Below, one piece after another: positions 8,194 to 17,303 of a stretch of 32,000 nucleotides of DNA. The notes under the pieces were generated by a model. The model was not told the DNA's origin. It saw nothing but the letters and a program-made list of their open reading frames with translations, and did no database searches. This DNA comes from [Mycobacterium] zoologicum. GTDB lineage: Bacteria > Actinomycetota > Actinomycetes > Mycobacteriales > Mycobacteriaceae. The stretch's first letter is position 1; each line of letters starts with the position of its first letter. The DNA lies in NCBI RefSeq assembly GCF_020181635.2, contig NZ_JAYJJS010000018.1, forward strand, positions 74,061-106,060, given 5' to 3'. The translations under genes were made by a program, and so were the position numbers.

Positions 8194-8811
8194 CTACTCC
8201 CCTGTCGGCGCCTGCCGCAGTCCCGGCAGCACGTACCGGCGCAGATGCCGGCGCAGGGACGCCGGGTCGTCGGGGTCGATGTGGTTGCCCGGGACGCTGC
8301 CCAGGCTGATCATCACCCGCGCCACCCACTCGCTGGCCTCCGGCAGATCGGTGTCCGGGTGGATGTCGCCGGCGGCGGCGGCCGCCGCCATGAACGGGAA
8401 CCAGAACGCCGCGAGGTCGGGCACCAGGTCGCGGACGCCGGCTCCGGCGCAGGCGGTGAACTCGTCGGGTTCTGCGGCGCGTAGCCGCATCAACAGGGTG
8501 CCGGGGTCGTCGTAGGCGCGCCGGCCGATCTGCACGCCGGCCAGCAACTGTTCCTCGAAGGAGTTCATGGCGGACAGCTCGGCGCGTGATCGGGCCCAAC
8601 TGGTCTCGACCAGGCGGATGATCGCGGCTCCCACCAGCGAGGGCTTGTCGGGGAAGTTCCGGTACAGCCAGGCCCGCGACACCCCGGCGCGTTCGGCGAC
8701 GTCGGTCATGGTCGTGGCCCGGATTCCCCTGTCGGCCAACAAATGTTCGGTCGCATCCAGGAGCCGGTCGGTTGTCGACGACGCGGTTCCCGGCGGCGTC
8801 TTTGTCTCCAC
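8194..8811 (-). CDS. TetR-family transcriptional regulator
   Basis: 205 aa. The N-terminal HTH reads RLLDATEHLLADRGIRATTMTDVAERAGVSRAWLYRNFPDK. The gene is divergent from the FMO operon. Confidence 0.88.
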   Translation of the reverse strand: METKTPPGTASSTTDRLLDATEHLLADRGIRATTMTDVAERAGVSRAWLYRNFPDKPSLVGAAIIRLVETSWARSRAELSAMNSFEEQLLAGVQIGRRAYDDPGTLLMRLRAAEPDEFTACAGAGVRDLVPDLAAFWFPFMAAAAAAGDIHPDTDLPEASEWVARVMISLGSVPGNHIDPDDPASLRRHLRRYVLPGLRQAPTGE

Positions 8812-8846
8812 GGTGCACCTCCTGTGGCGGCCAGCGTAGCAAGGCG

Positions 8847-8916
8847 GTAGACAGATTCTACGATCTGTGTACTATGACCTGGCGCACCATGTAGACACTT
8901 CTGCGAACCTGTCTAC
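8847..8916. promoter_or_regulatory. Candidate TetR operator(s) in the divergent tetR/FMO intergenic region
   Basis: GTAGACA occurs at 8847 and 8891, and inverted (TGTCTAC) at 8910. An imperfect palindrome tagacagat-tctacg-atctgtgta spans 8848-8871. Confidence 0.5.
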
Positions 8917-8936
8917 CCCCGATCCCGGAGGTCCCT

Positions 8937-10301
8937 ATGCCCACACCCCGCACCGCGATCATCGGTGCCGGCATCAGCGGCCTGACCGCCGGCAAGATGC
9001 TCACCGACTACGCGATCGACTACACCTGCTTCGAATCGTCTGACCGGATCGGCGGCAACTGGGCCTTCGGCAACCCCAACGGGCACTCCAGCGCCTACCG
9101 CTCCCTGCACATCGACACCTCCAAGCACCAGCTGTCGTTCAAAGACTTCCCGATGCCTGCCCACTACCCCGATTTCTTGCACCACACGCTGGTCAAGGAG
9201 TACCTGGAGGCCTACGCGGCAGCGTTCGAGCTCAAACGCAACATCGAGTTCGAGATGACGGTCGCCCACGCGCAGCGGCTACCCGGCGGCGGATGGGAGC
9301 TGGAACTGGCCGGCGGTCGGCGGGAATGCTTCGACCTGCTGATCGTGGCCAACGGCCACCACTGGGACCCGCGTCTGCCGGAGTTCCCGGGTGAGTTCAC
9401 CGGCCAGACGCTGCACGCCCACCACTACATCGACCCGAAGACGCCGCTGGAGTTCAGCGGCAAGCGGATCCTGGTGGTCGGGCTGGGCAACAGTGCCGCC
9501 GACATCGCCGTGGAACTGTCGTCGAAGGCCCTGGACAACGAGCTGACGCTGTCGACGCGCTCGAGCGCCTGGATCGTGCCGAAGTACGTGGCCGGCAAGC
9601 CCGCCGACAAGTATTACCGGACCAGCCCCCACATTCCGCTGTCGTGGCAGCGCAAGGTGATTCAGCGAGTCCAGCCGTTCCTGTCGGGGCGGCCCGAGGA
9701 TCTCGGCCTGCCGACGCCCAACCACAAGCTCTTCGAGGCGCACCCCACCCAGTCGGTGGAGCTGCCGCTGCGGCTCGGGTCCGGCGATGTGATCCCCAAG
9801 CCCGACATCAGCCGATTCGACGGCGCCACCGTGCATTTCACCGACGGCACCAGCGGTGACTTCGACATCATCGTCTACGCCACCGGTTACAACATCACCT
9901 TCCCGTTCTTCGACCCGGAGTTCATCAGCGCACCGGACAACCGGATCGACTTGTACAAGCGGATGTTCTACCCCGGTATCGAGGACTTGGTGTTCGCCGG
10001 TTTCGCCCAGGCGACGCCGACGCTGTTCCCGTTCGTGGAGTCCCAGGCCCGCCTGATCGGTGCCTACGCGGCCGGCCGCTACCGGCTGCCGTCGACCGCC
10101 GAGATGCGCCGGGTGATCGCCGCCGACACCCACAAGTACACCGGGCACGTGATGAACAGCCCGCGTCACACCCAGCAGGTCGACTACTTCCTCTACGAAC
10201 ACGACATGCGTACCCGTGAGATCCCGCGCGGCGCCCAGCGGGCCGCCGAACGCGGTGCGCCCAGTTGGGCCGGCGTGCGTGCGATGGAGGTATCCGGATG
10301 A
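8937..10301 (+). CDS. Class B flavin-containing monooxygenase (FMO / Baeyer-Villiger-type)
   Basis: 454 aa. FAD Rossmann motif is GAGISG and the NADPH Rossmann motif is GLGNSAAD. The FMO fingerprint FxGxxxHxxxY appears as FTGQTLHAHHY. The C-terminal ATGY motif is present. A GGAGG sequence lies 6 nt upstream of the ATG. Confidence 0.85.
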   Translation: MPTPRTAIIGAGISGLTAGKMLTDYAIDYTCFESSDRIGGNWAFGNPNGHSSAYRSLHIDTSKHQLSFKDFPMPAHYPDFLHHTLVKEYLEAYAAAFELKRNIEFEMTVAHAQRLPGGGWELELAGGRRECFDLLIVANGHHWDPRLPEFPGEFTGQTLHAHHYIDPKTPLEFSGKRILVVGLGNSAADIAVELSSKALDNELTLSTRSSAWIVPKYVAGKPADKYYRTSPHIPLSWQRKVIQRVQPFLSGRPEDLGLPTPNHKLFEAHPTQSVELPLRLGSGDVIPKPDISRFDGATVHFTDGTSGDFDIIVYATGYNITFPFFDPEFISAPDNRIDLYKRMFYPGIEDLVFAGFAQATPTLFPFVESQARLIGAYAAGRYRLPSTAEMRRVIAADTHKYTGHVMNSPRHTQQVDYFLYEHDMRTREIPRGAQRAAERGAPSWAGVRAMEVSG

Positions 10302-11215
10302 GCACCGAGATCCGATTCCGCAGCGAAGGCACCACCTGCGTCGGGCAATTCTTCCCGGCCACCCGGGACAACGGCACCGAGGCGCCGGTCGTGGTGCTCG
10401 GGCACGGCCTGGGCGGCACCGTCGACTCCGGACTGATCCCGTTCGCCGAGCGGCTGAGCGCGGCCGGGTTCGCCGCGCTTGCGTTCGACTACCGGTACTT
10501 CGGGGCCTCAGAAGGACAACCGCGCCAACGGATCTCGATGCGGGAACAGATCGTCGACTTCCGTGCGGCCTGCACCGCCGCGGCCGGGCAGCCCGGCGTC
10601 GATCCGGAGCGCATCGTGCTGTGGGGTGTGTCGCTGGCCGGCGGCCACGTCTTCGAGGTCGCCGCCACGCTGCCCGCTGTTGCCGCCGCGATCTCGCTGA
10701 CCCCGTTGGTCAGCGGTCCGGCCGCCGCTGTCGCGGCGCTGGGTCAGCACCGCCCGACGACGATGCTGCGTTCCACGGCAACCGGGTGGCGCAGTGCGCT
10801 GGCCCAGCGCGTCGGCCGGGAGCCCGCGACGATCCCACTGGTCGGCCGCCCCGGCGAGCAGGCCACGCTGACCGCCGACGGCTATTACGAGGCGTACCTC
10901 GCGATGGCCGGGCCCACCTGGCGCAACGAGATCGACGCGCAGGTCGGCGTGCAGCTCGGCGGCTACCGCCCGGCGGCCAAGCACGCCGCGGCCATCAGCT
11001 GCCCGATGCTGGTGCAGATCGCCGACTTCGACCGGAGCGCTCCCCCGCGGGCGGCGGCCAAGGCGGCGTTCGCCGCCCGCGCCGAAGTGCGGCACTACCC
11101 GTGCGATCACTTCGATGTCTTCGCCGGCGGCGCGTGGTTCGAGCACGCCGTCGAGCACCAGATCGCCTTTTTGACCCGGCATCTGGCGGCCACGACCGCT
11201 ACGGTCACGGGTTAG
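10298..11215 (+). CDS. Alpha/beta-fold hydrolase (putative esterase)
   Basis: Starts MSTEIRFRSEGTT, with the ATG overlapping the FMO stop (ATGA). HGLGG acts as the oxyanion motif. The nucleophile elbow is GVSLAGG. The track ORF start at 10265 is probably too early. Confidence 0.8.
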   Translation: MSTEIRFRSEGTTCVGQFFPATRDNGTEAPVVVLGHGLGGTVDSGLIPFAERLSAAGFAALAFDYRYFGASEGQPRQRISMREQIVDFRAACTAAAGQPGVDPERIVLWGVSLAGGHVFEVAATLPAVAAAISLTPLVSGPAAAVAALGQHRPTTMLRSTATGWRSALAQRVGREPATIPLVGRPGEQATLTADGYYEAYLAMAGPTWRNEIDAQVGVQLGGYRPAAKHAAAISCPMLVQIADFDRSAPPRAAAKAAFAARAEVRHYPCDHFDVFAGGAWFEHAVEHQIAFLTRHLAATTATVTG

Positions 11216-11223
11216 GAGGCCTG

Positions 11224-12846
11224 ATGGCAGAGACCATGCAGCAGTTGCTCGCCGAACGCACCGCTGACACCGGCCTGGCGGTGCTCCACAACGACACCGA
11301 CGGCCGGCAGACCCGCTGGACCTGGCGCGAGTACCTCGACCGCGCCGCCCGCCATGCCGCCGCGCTGATCGACCGGGCCGACACCGCCCGCCCGGTGCAC
11401 GTCGGTGCGCTGCTGGGCAACACCCCGGCGATGCTGACCGCACTGGCCGGCGCCGCGTTGGGAGGCTACGTGCTGTGCGGGGTCAACAGCACCCGGCGCG
11501 GCTCGGCGCTCATCGGTGACCTGCGCACCGCCGACGCACAGATCCTGCTGGTCGACGCCGAGCACTCCGGTTTGTTGGCGGACCTTCGGCCCGATCTGGA
11601 CCTGGCCGGGATCACCGTCATCGACGTGGACGACCCGGCCTGGGAGCAGCAGTGCGCCGGCGCCGGTGAGCTGCAACCGCACCGGCAGGTCGCACCGCTG
11701 GACCCGTTCATGCTGATCTTCACCTCGGGCACCAGCGGCGACCCGAAAGCCGTTCTGGTGAGCCATTTCATGGTGCTGGTGGCCGGACAGAGCCTGACCG
11801 AACGGTTCGAACTGGGCGGCGACGACGTGGTCTACCTGTCCATGCCGCTGTTTCACTCCAATGCGATCGCGGCCGGGTTCGGCCCCGCGGTGGCGGCCGG
11901 CGCGGCGATGGCACCGGCGAAGTTCTCCGCGTCACGGTTCTTGGCCGACGTCCGCGGTTATGGCGCCACCTACATGAACTACGTCGGCAAGCCGTTCGCC
12001 TACCTGCTGGCGCACCCGGAGCAACACGACGACGCCGACAACCCGCTGCGGGTCGCCTTCGGCAACGAGGCCTCCGAACGCGACATCGGCGAGTTCGCCC
12101 GCCGCTTCGGGGTGCACGTGGTCGACGCCTTCGGCTCCACCGAGAACGCCGTCACCATCACCCGCGATGAGGGCACCCCGCCCGGCTCGGTGGGCCGCGG
12201 ATTCCCCGGCGTCGCCATCTACAAAGACGATCCGATCGCCGAATGCCCACCGGCGGTCTTCGACGAACACGGCGCGTTGTCCAACGCCGAGGAGGCCATC
12301 GGCGAGTTGGTCAACACCGCCGGGTCGGGATTCTTCACCGGCTACTACAACAACGAGCAGGCCACCGCCGACCGGATGCGCGACGGCATGTACTGGTCGG
12401 GTGATCTGGCCTATAAGGACGCCGACGGCTGGATCTATCTGGCCGGACGCACCGCCGACTGGATGCGGGTGGATGGCGAGAACCTGGCTGCGGCGCCGAT
12501 CGAACGAATCCTGATGCGCCACAACGCTATCAACCAGGCAGCGGTCTACGCGGTGCCCGATGGCAACGTGGGCGATCAGGTGATGGCGGCGCTGGTGCTG
12601 CGCGACAACGCGAGACTGAGCGAAGCCGAGTTCTCCGATTTTCTAGCCGCTCAGGAGGATCTCTCCCCCAAGGCGTGGCCCCGCTATGTCCGGCTGACCG
12701 CCGAGCTGCCCGCCACGGCTACCAACAAGATCCTCAAGCGTGTGCTGGCCGCCGAGCGTACCGATGTCGGAACGGACACCCTGTGGGTCCGCCCCGACCG
12801 CCAGCGCACCTATCGAACCGCTACGACGACGGGAGCATCCCGATGA
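11224..12846 (+). CDS. AMP-dependent acyl-CoA synthetase/ligase (FadD-like)
   Basis: 540 aa starting MAETMQQLLAERT, with AGGAGG 5 nt upstream. The AMP-binding motif is IFTSGTSGDPKAV. Other motifs are GSTE, YWSGDLA and a C-terminal TATNKILKR. The 876-aa track ORF (10216..) is an artefactual upstream extension. Confidence 0.88.
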   Translation: MAETMQQLLAERTADTGLAVLHNDTDGRQTRWTWREYLDRAARHAAALIDRADTARPVHVGALLGNTPAMLTALAGAALGGYVLCGVNSTRRGSALIGDLRTADAQILLVDAEHSGLLADLRPDLDLAGITVIDVDDPAWEQQCAGAGELQPHRQVAPLDPFMLIFTSGTSGDPKAVLVSHFMVLVAGQSLTERFELGGDDVVYLSMPLFHSNAIAAGFGPAVAAGAAMAPAKFSASRFLADVRGYGATYMNYVGKPFAYLLAHPEQHDDADNPLRVAFGNEASERDIGEFARRFGVHVVDAFGSTENAVTITRDEGTPPGSVGRGFPGVAIYKDDPIAECPPAVFDEHGALSNAEEAIGELVNTAGSGFFTGYYNNEQATADRMRDGMYWSGDLAYKDADGWIYLAGRTADWMRVDGENLAAAPIERILMRHNAINQAAVYAVPDGNVGDQVMAALVLRDNARLSEAEFSDFLAAQEDLSPKAWPRYVRLTAELPATATNKILKRVLAAERTDVGTDTLWVRPDRQRTYRTATTTGASR

Positions 12847-13619
12847 CAGGTCAGACACCGGTCGCCCTGATCGTCGGCGGCGCCTCGGGCATCGGACTGG
12901 CCAGCGCGCACGCCCTGGCCGAGCGCGGCGACCACGTGGTGATCGCCGACGTCAACGAATCCGCCGCCCGCGCCCGGGCCGCCGAACTCGGCTCAACCGC
13001 CACCGCAGTGGCCGCCGACGTGACCGATGAGGCAAGTGTCGCAGCGGCTTTCGCGGCCGCACGCGAAATCGGGCCGGTGCACAGTGTGGTCAGTTGCGCG
13101 GGCTTGTCGATCATCGGGCCGATTGCCGATATCGAGTTGTCCGGCTGGCAGACCACCATCGACGTCTGCCTCACCGGCACCATGCTGGTGATCAAGCATG
13201 CGGCACGCAACCTCGAAGAGGGCGGCAGCGTGGTAGCGATCTCTTCGCTCAACGGCCGCCAGCCCGGTACCACGATGGCCGCCTACTGCAGCGCCAAAGC
13301 CGGTGTGCTGATGCTGATTCAGGTGGCCGCCCTGGAGTTGGCCGCCCGTGGCATCCGGGTGAATGCGGTCTCCCCCGGCCTGGTCGACACTCCCCTGGTC
13401 GCCGGCCTGGCTATGGTCCCCGGCCTGACCGACGAGTACATCGAGAACACTCCACTCGGGCGCCAGGGTGTGCCCGACGACATCGCGTCCGCCGTGGAGT
13501 TCCTGACCTCGCAGCGGGCCTCCTGGATCACCGGGGCGGCCTTCGACATCAACGGCGGTGCGCACCTGATGCGCTACCCCGACGTGCTCGGCAAAGTACA
13601 GGCGTTGGCAGGGAGTTGA
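12843..13619 (+). CDS. Short-chain dehydrogenase/reductase (SDR)
   Basis: 258 aa starting MTGQTPVALIVGGASGIGLA (TGxxxGxG-type motif). The catalytic YxxxK appears as YCSAKAG. The start overlaps the ligase stop (ATGA). Confidence 0.88.
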   Translation: MTGQTPVALIVGGASGIGLASAHALAERGDHVVIADVNESAARARAAELGSTATAVAADVTDEASVAAAFAAAREIGPVHSVVSCAGLSIIGPIADIELSGWQTTIDVCLTGTMLVIKHAARNLEEGGSVVAISSLNGRQPGTTMAAYCSAKAGVLMLIQVAALELAARGIRVNAVSPGLVDTPLVAGLAMVPGLTDEYIENTPLGRQGVPDDIASAVEFLTSQRASWITGAAFDINGGAHLMRYPDVLGKVQALAGS

Positions 13620-13623
13620 TCAC

Positions 13624-14649
13624 ATGCGCAGTGTCGTAATCGATGCCCCCGGTTCGGTCCGGGTGGACACCCGGCCCGACGCGGAACTGCCCGGGGCCGA
13701 CGGCGCCGTGGTGGCGGTGACCGCGACCGCGATCTGCGGCTCGGATCTGCACTTCTACGAAGGCGATTACCCCCTGGTCGACGCGGTGCCGCTGGGGCAT
13801 GAGGCCATCGGCACCGTGGTCGAGGTCGGCTCGCAGGTGAGCTCGGTGCGCGCCGGTGACCGGGTGATGGTCTCCTCGGTGGCGGGCTGCGGACACTGCG
13901 CCGGCTGCGGCACCCTGGACCCGATCCGCTGCCATTCGGGCCCGCTGATCTTCGGCTCCGGCGCACTCGGCGGTGCGCAGTCCGAGCTGCTCGCGGTGCC
14001 GGGAGCCGACTTTCAGCTGGCCCGGATCCCCGACGGCATCAGCGTCGAGCAGGCCCTGCTGCTCACCGACAACCTCGCCACCGGATGGGCGGCCGCACAG
14101 CGGGCCGACATCCCGGTCGGCGGCACGGTCGCGGTGATCGGACTAGGCGCGGTCGGCCTGTGCGCCGGGATCAGCGCGCTGTTCCTCGGTGCGGCAACAG
14201 TTCTCGGCATCGACCCGGTGGAGCAGCGGCGGGATCGGGCGGCCGGCATGGGGATGACCCCGGCGTCACCGTCGACCACGGCCGCGGCGATGGAGCTGAC
14301 CGGCGGGCGCGGGGTGGACGCGGTGATCGACGCCGTCGGCTCCGACACCACCATGGCCGACGCCCTGACCGCGGTGCGCGCCGGGGGAACGGTGTCGGTG
14401 GTCGGCGTGCACGACCTGCAGCCCTTCCCGTTCCCGGCGCTCGCGGCGCTGATCCGCAGCGTCACCCTGCGGATGACCACCGCCCCGGTGCAGCAGACCT
14501 GGCCGCAGCTGGTGCCGCTGCTGGTCTCCGGGAGGCTGAAGGTGGACGGCATCTTCACCACCGAGATGGCCCTCGACGACGCGACCGAGGCCTACCGGGC
14601 CGTCGCTGCCCGGTCCGGAGACGTGGTGAAAGTGCTGCTCACGCCGTAG
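13624..14649 (+). CDS. Zinc-dependent medium-chain alcohol dehydrogenase (MDR family)
   Basis: 341 aa. ICGSDLH and GHEAIG are the catalytic Zn ligands. The structural Zn cluster is CGHCAGCG. The NAD-binding motif is GLGAVGL. Confidence 0.88.
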   Translation: MRSVVIDAPGSVRVDTRPDAELPGADGAVVAVTATAICGSDLHFYEGDYPLVDAVPLGHEAIGTVVEVGSQVSSVRAGDRVMVSSVAGCGHCAGCGTLDPIRCHSGPLIFGSGALGGAQSELLAVPGADFQLARIPDGISVEQALLLTDNLATGWAAAQRADIPVGGTVAVIGLGAVGLCAGISALFLGAATVLGIDPVEQRRDRAAGMGMTPASPSTTAAAMELTGGRGVDAVIDAVGSDTTMADALTAVRAGGTVSVVGVHDLQPFPFPALAALIRSVTLRMTTAPVQQTWPQLVPLLVSGRLKVDGIFTTEMALDDATEAYRAVAARSGDVVKVLLTP

Positions 14650-14684
14650 GGTGAGGCGAACGCCGACCAGCGAGAGGACAGCAC

Positions 14685-15755
14685 GTGGCAAAGCGGATTG
14701 TGTTCTGGGGCACCGGTTTTGTCGGCAAGATGGTGATAGCCGAGATCGTCAAACACCCGCTGTTCGAGCTCGTCGGCGTCGGCGTCAGCGACCCGGCCAA
14801 GGTGGGGCGCGACGTCGGGGAGATCTGCGGCATCCCCAGCGTCGGGGTCACCGCCACCGACGACGTCGACGCCTTGATCGCCCTGGCGCCCGACGCGCTG
14901 GTGCACTACGGCCCGACGGCCGCACACGCCGCGGACAACATCACGCTGATGTCGCGCTTCCTGCGCGCAGGCATCGACGTCTGCTCCACGGCGATGACCC
15001 CGTGGGTGTGGCCCGGGCTCAAACTCAACCCGCCGGAGCTGCTGAAGCCGATCACGCAGGCGTGCGAGGACGGCGGGGCGTCCTGCTTCACCACCGGTAT
15101 CGATCCGGGCTTCGCCAACGACCTGTTCCCGATGACGCTGATGGGCGTCTGCGCCGAGGTCCGCAAGGTGCGCGCCTCAGAGTTGTTGGACTACACCAAC
15201 TACACCGGGGACTACGAGAACGAGATGGGGATCGGCCGCGAACCCGACTTCCAGCCGGTGCTCAAGATCCCCGAGGTGCTGATCTTCGCCTGGGGCGGAA
15301 CGGTTCCGATGATCGCGCACGCCGCCGGCATCGAGCTCGATGAGATCACCACGACCTGGGAGACCTGGGTGACCCCGAACGAGCGCCCGACCGCCAAGGG
15401 GGCGATCAAGCCCGGTCAGGTTGCGGCGGTGCGCTTCACCATCAACGGGGTCTACCGGGGCGAGACCCGCATTCAGCTCGAACATGTCAACCGGATCGGA
15501 CAGGACGCGGCACCGGAGTGGCCGTCGGGCACCCAGGATGACGTCTATCGCGTAGATATCGAAGGGACGCCCAGTATTTCGCAGGAGACGGCGTTCCGAT
15601 TCACCGACGGCTCCGGACGTGACGCGGCGACCGCGGGCTGCCTGGCCACCGGGATGCGTGCGCTGAACGCGGTGCCGGCCGTCAACGACCTGCCGCCGGG
15701 CTGGGTCACCGCGCTGGACCTGCCTTTGATTCCCGGGGCCGGAACCATTCGCTGA
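14685..15755 (+). CDS. NAD(P)-binding DapB-like / amine-dehydrogenase-family oxidoreductase
   Basis: 356 aa with a GTG start. The N-terminal Rossmann reads RIVFWGTGFVGKMVIAEI. The overall layout resembles proteins usually annotated in mycobacteria as dihydrodipicolinate reductase N-terminal domain proteins. Substrate unknown. Confidence 0.65.
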   Translation: MAKRIVFWGTGFVGKMVIAEIVKHPLFELVGVGVSDPAKVGRDVGEICGIPSVGVTATDDVDALIALAPDALVHYGPTAAHAADNITLMSRFLRAGIDVCSTAMTPWVWPGLKLNPPELLKPITQACEDGGASCFTTGIDPGFANDLFPMTLMGVCAEVRKVRASELLDYTNYTGDYENEMGIGREPDFQPVLKIPEVLIFAWGGTVPMIAHAAGIELDEITTTWETWVTPNERPTAKGAIKPGQVAAVRFTINGVYRGETRIQLEHVNRIGQDAAPEWPSGTQDDVYRVDIEGTPSISQETAFRFTDGSGRDAATAGCLATGMRALNAVPAVNDLPPGWVTALDLPLIPGAGTIR

Positions 15756-15762
15756 GGCCGCT

Positions 15763-16728
15763 TCAGCTCCGCGGCCGCAGCCGCAACGGCGGCATCGGCG
15801 GCGCGGGCAGCCGGTCGAGGCGGCCCCGGTAGCCGTCCACCGCACCGAAGCGTTCGTCGCCGTCCTGCCACAGCTGCCGGAACGCGACGATCTCCTCGTG
15901 GCTGCGGCCGATGAAGTTCCACCACATCACCAGCTCGGATCCGAAGGGCGTCCCGCCCAGCAGCAGCACCCGGGCGGGGGAGTCGCCCGGGTTGCGCAGC
16001 GACAGCTCCCGGTGCCCCGTCCCCTGATAGCCGACCGCGCCGGAACCGAGCGGCACGCCGCTGAGCTGCACGGCCCCGGTGTCGCACAGCACCCCGTGCT
16101 CGAACCCCGGGTCGACGTCGAGCACCAGGTCGGTGCGCGGCTCCAGGTCGAGTTGGGCGCCGAGCAGCGCAGTGAAGGACTCGACGGGGGAGCGGCGTCC
16201 GGCCAGCTCGCCGAGAAACACCAGCGCTGTCGCACCGGGCAGCGACACCGGCTCGGGTGCGTAGTGGTCGAAGGCACGCTCGGCGTCACGCGCGGCGTCC
16301 GGCAGTGCCACCCACAGTTGCACGCCGTGCAGGATCGGCGCGGATTGGGCGTCGACCGAGACCTCGGAGTGGCAGATACCGGCACCGGCGGTCATCAGGT
16401 TCAGCTCGCCGGGGCGCACCACCGCGTGCACGCCACCGCTGTCGCGGTGCTCGACGCGCCCGCTGAACAGCCAGGTCGCGGTCTGCAGCCCGGTGTGCGG
16501 GTGCGGGGGCACATCCATGCCCCCGGCGGTCGCGATGTCATGCGGACCGTAGTGGTCGATGAAGCACCAGGCGCCGATCAGCGAGCGTTCGCGCTGGGGC
16601 AGGGTGCGGCGAACCAGGATGGCCCGCGGCCCGCCCAACGGAACCTCGCGGGGCTCCAACACCTCGATGCCTTCCGACGGCCCTGCCGCACAGTCGAATT
16701 CACTTGCAGTGGATTCCAGGTTGCTCAA
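15763..16728 (-). CDS. Pirin-family bicupin protein
   Basis: 321 aa. The N-terminal cupin metal ligands lie in PPHPHTGLQTATWLFSGRVEHRDS. The sequence LMTAGAGICHSE follows. Confidence 0.85.
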   Translation of the reverse strand: MSNLESTASEFDCAAGPSEGIEVLEPREVPLGGPRAILVRRTLPQRERSLIGAWCFIDHYGPHDIATAGGMDVPPHPHTGLQTATWLFSGRVEHRDSGGVHAVVRPGELNLMTAGAGICHSEVSVDAQSAPILHGVQLWVALPDAARDAERAFDHYAPEPVSLPGATALVFLGELAGRRSPVESFTALLGAQLDLEPRTDLVLDVDPGFEHGVLCDTGAVQLSGVPLGSGAVGYQGTGHRELSLRNPGDSPARVLLLGGTPFGSELVMWWNFIGRSHEEIVAFRQLWQDGDERFGAVDGYRGRLDRLPAPPMPPLRLRPRS

Positions 16729-16776
16729 CCGCCCACCTCCGCGCCGTGCGCCATGCCGTTGCGGCGACCCTACCGC

Positions 16777-17193
16777 TCAGGCCGCAGACGGGCGACCGAT
16801 CGGACCGGACGGCAGGTGAAACACGGCCGCGGGCGTCGTAAGACGGTGACGTTCGTGGTTGGCCAGCAGCGCCTGGTTCTCGGGGAGTTCACGGGTGTTG
16901 ATCTCGCCGTCGGCGATCTTCTGCAGCACCGCGTGGGCCGCGGCGAGTTCGGCCCGCTTGCGGTACTGCCCGCCGGGCAGTTTCACCCCGGCCCACACGC
17001 CGTACTCCTCGCCGCGTTCCACTGCCAGCGCGGCGCACCGGCGTTGCTGGGCGAGCGGGCAGCGCCGCAGGCACTGCAGCCGGGCTTCGGTCGAGGACTG
17101 TTCGTATGCGCGGGCCTTGGCGGCTCCGTCGGCTCCGTCGGCGTCGGGGTAGCCGAACCACAGTTCGGGATTCGCGGAGCAGGGGGGTGCCAT
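16777..17193 (-). CDS. whiB5: WhiB-family Fe-S transcription factor, WhiB5-like
   Basis: 138 aa starting MAPPCSANPELWFGYPD, with GAGGAGG upstream of the ATG. Cys are at 5, 41, 45 and 53, giving a CxxxC spacing that I recall as the WhiB5 peculiarity rather than the usual CxxC. A GVWAG turn is present. Position is divergent from an XRE gene, as for Rv0022c/Rv0023. The 225-aa track ORF is an upstream extension. Confidence 0.8.
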   Translation of the reverse strand: MAPPCSANPELWFGYPDADGADGAAKARAYEQSSTEARLQCLRRCPLAQQRRCAALAVERGEEYGVWAGVKLPGGQYRKRAELAAAHAVLQKIADGEINTRELPENQALLANHERHRLTTPAAVFHLPSGPIGRPSAA

Positions 17194-17249
17194 CAGAACG
17201 ACCTCCTCATTGTGCGGACGTGTAACCCGGAACGGATAACGTAGATGGA

Positions 17250-17303
17250 AACATATATGAACAGATATGCCGAACGCAAGAGAAGGTGATAAAAACATAT
17301 ATG
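17250..17303. promoter_or_regulatory. AT-rich divergent promoter region with two copies of AACATATATG (palindromic core CATATATG)
   Basis: Copies lie at 17250-17259 and 17294-17303, 44 bp apart. The second forms the 10-bp palindrome acatatatgt. They sit in the most AT-rich stretch between whiB5 and the XRE gene. Confidence 0.5.

Noticed and set aside
7943-8842. 299-aa minus-strand ORF overlapping tetR
   Set aside because: It is an alternate frame of the TetR gene with Arg/Pro-rich composition. The 205-aa frame has a clear TetR HTH.
10216-11223. Upstream 336 codons of the 876-aa ORF (10216..12846)
   Set aside because: This part overlaps the alpha/beta hydrolase in another frame and is Arg-rich. 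The ligase starts at 11224, behind an AGGAGG sequence.
15753-15790. Inverted repeat ggccgc...gcggcc at the convergent junction of the DapB-like and pirin genes, as a terminator
   Set aside because: The stem is only 6 bp, lies within the coding ends, and occurs in a GC-rich context where such pairs arise by chance.
15898-17244. 448-aa plus-strand ORF
   Set aside because: It is antisense to the pirin and whiB5-like genes, both of which have family motifs. It has no recognisable domain.
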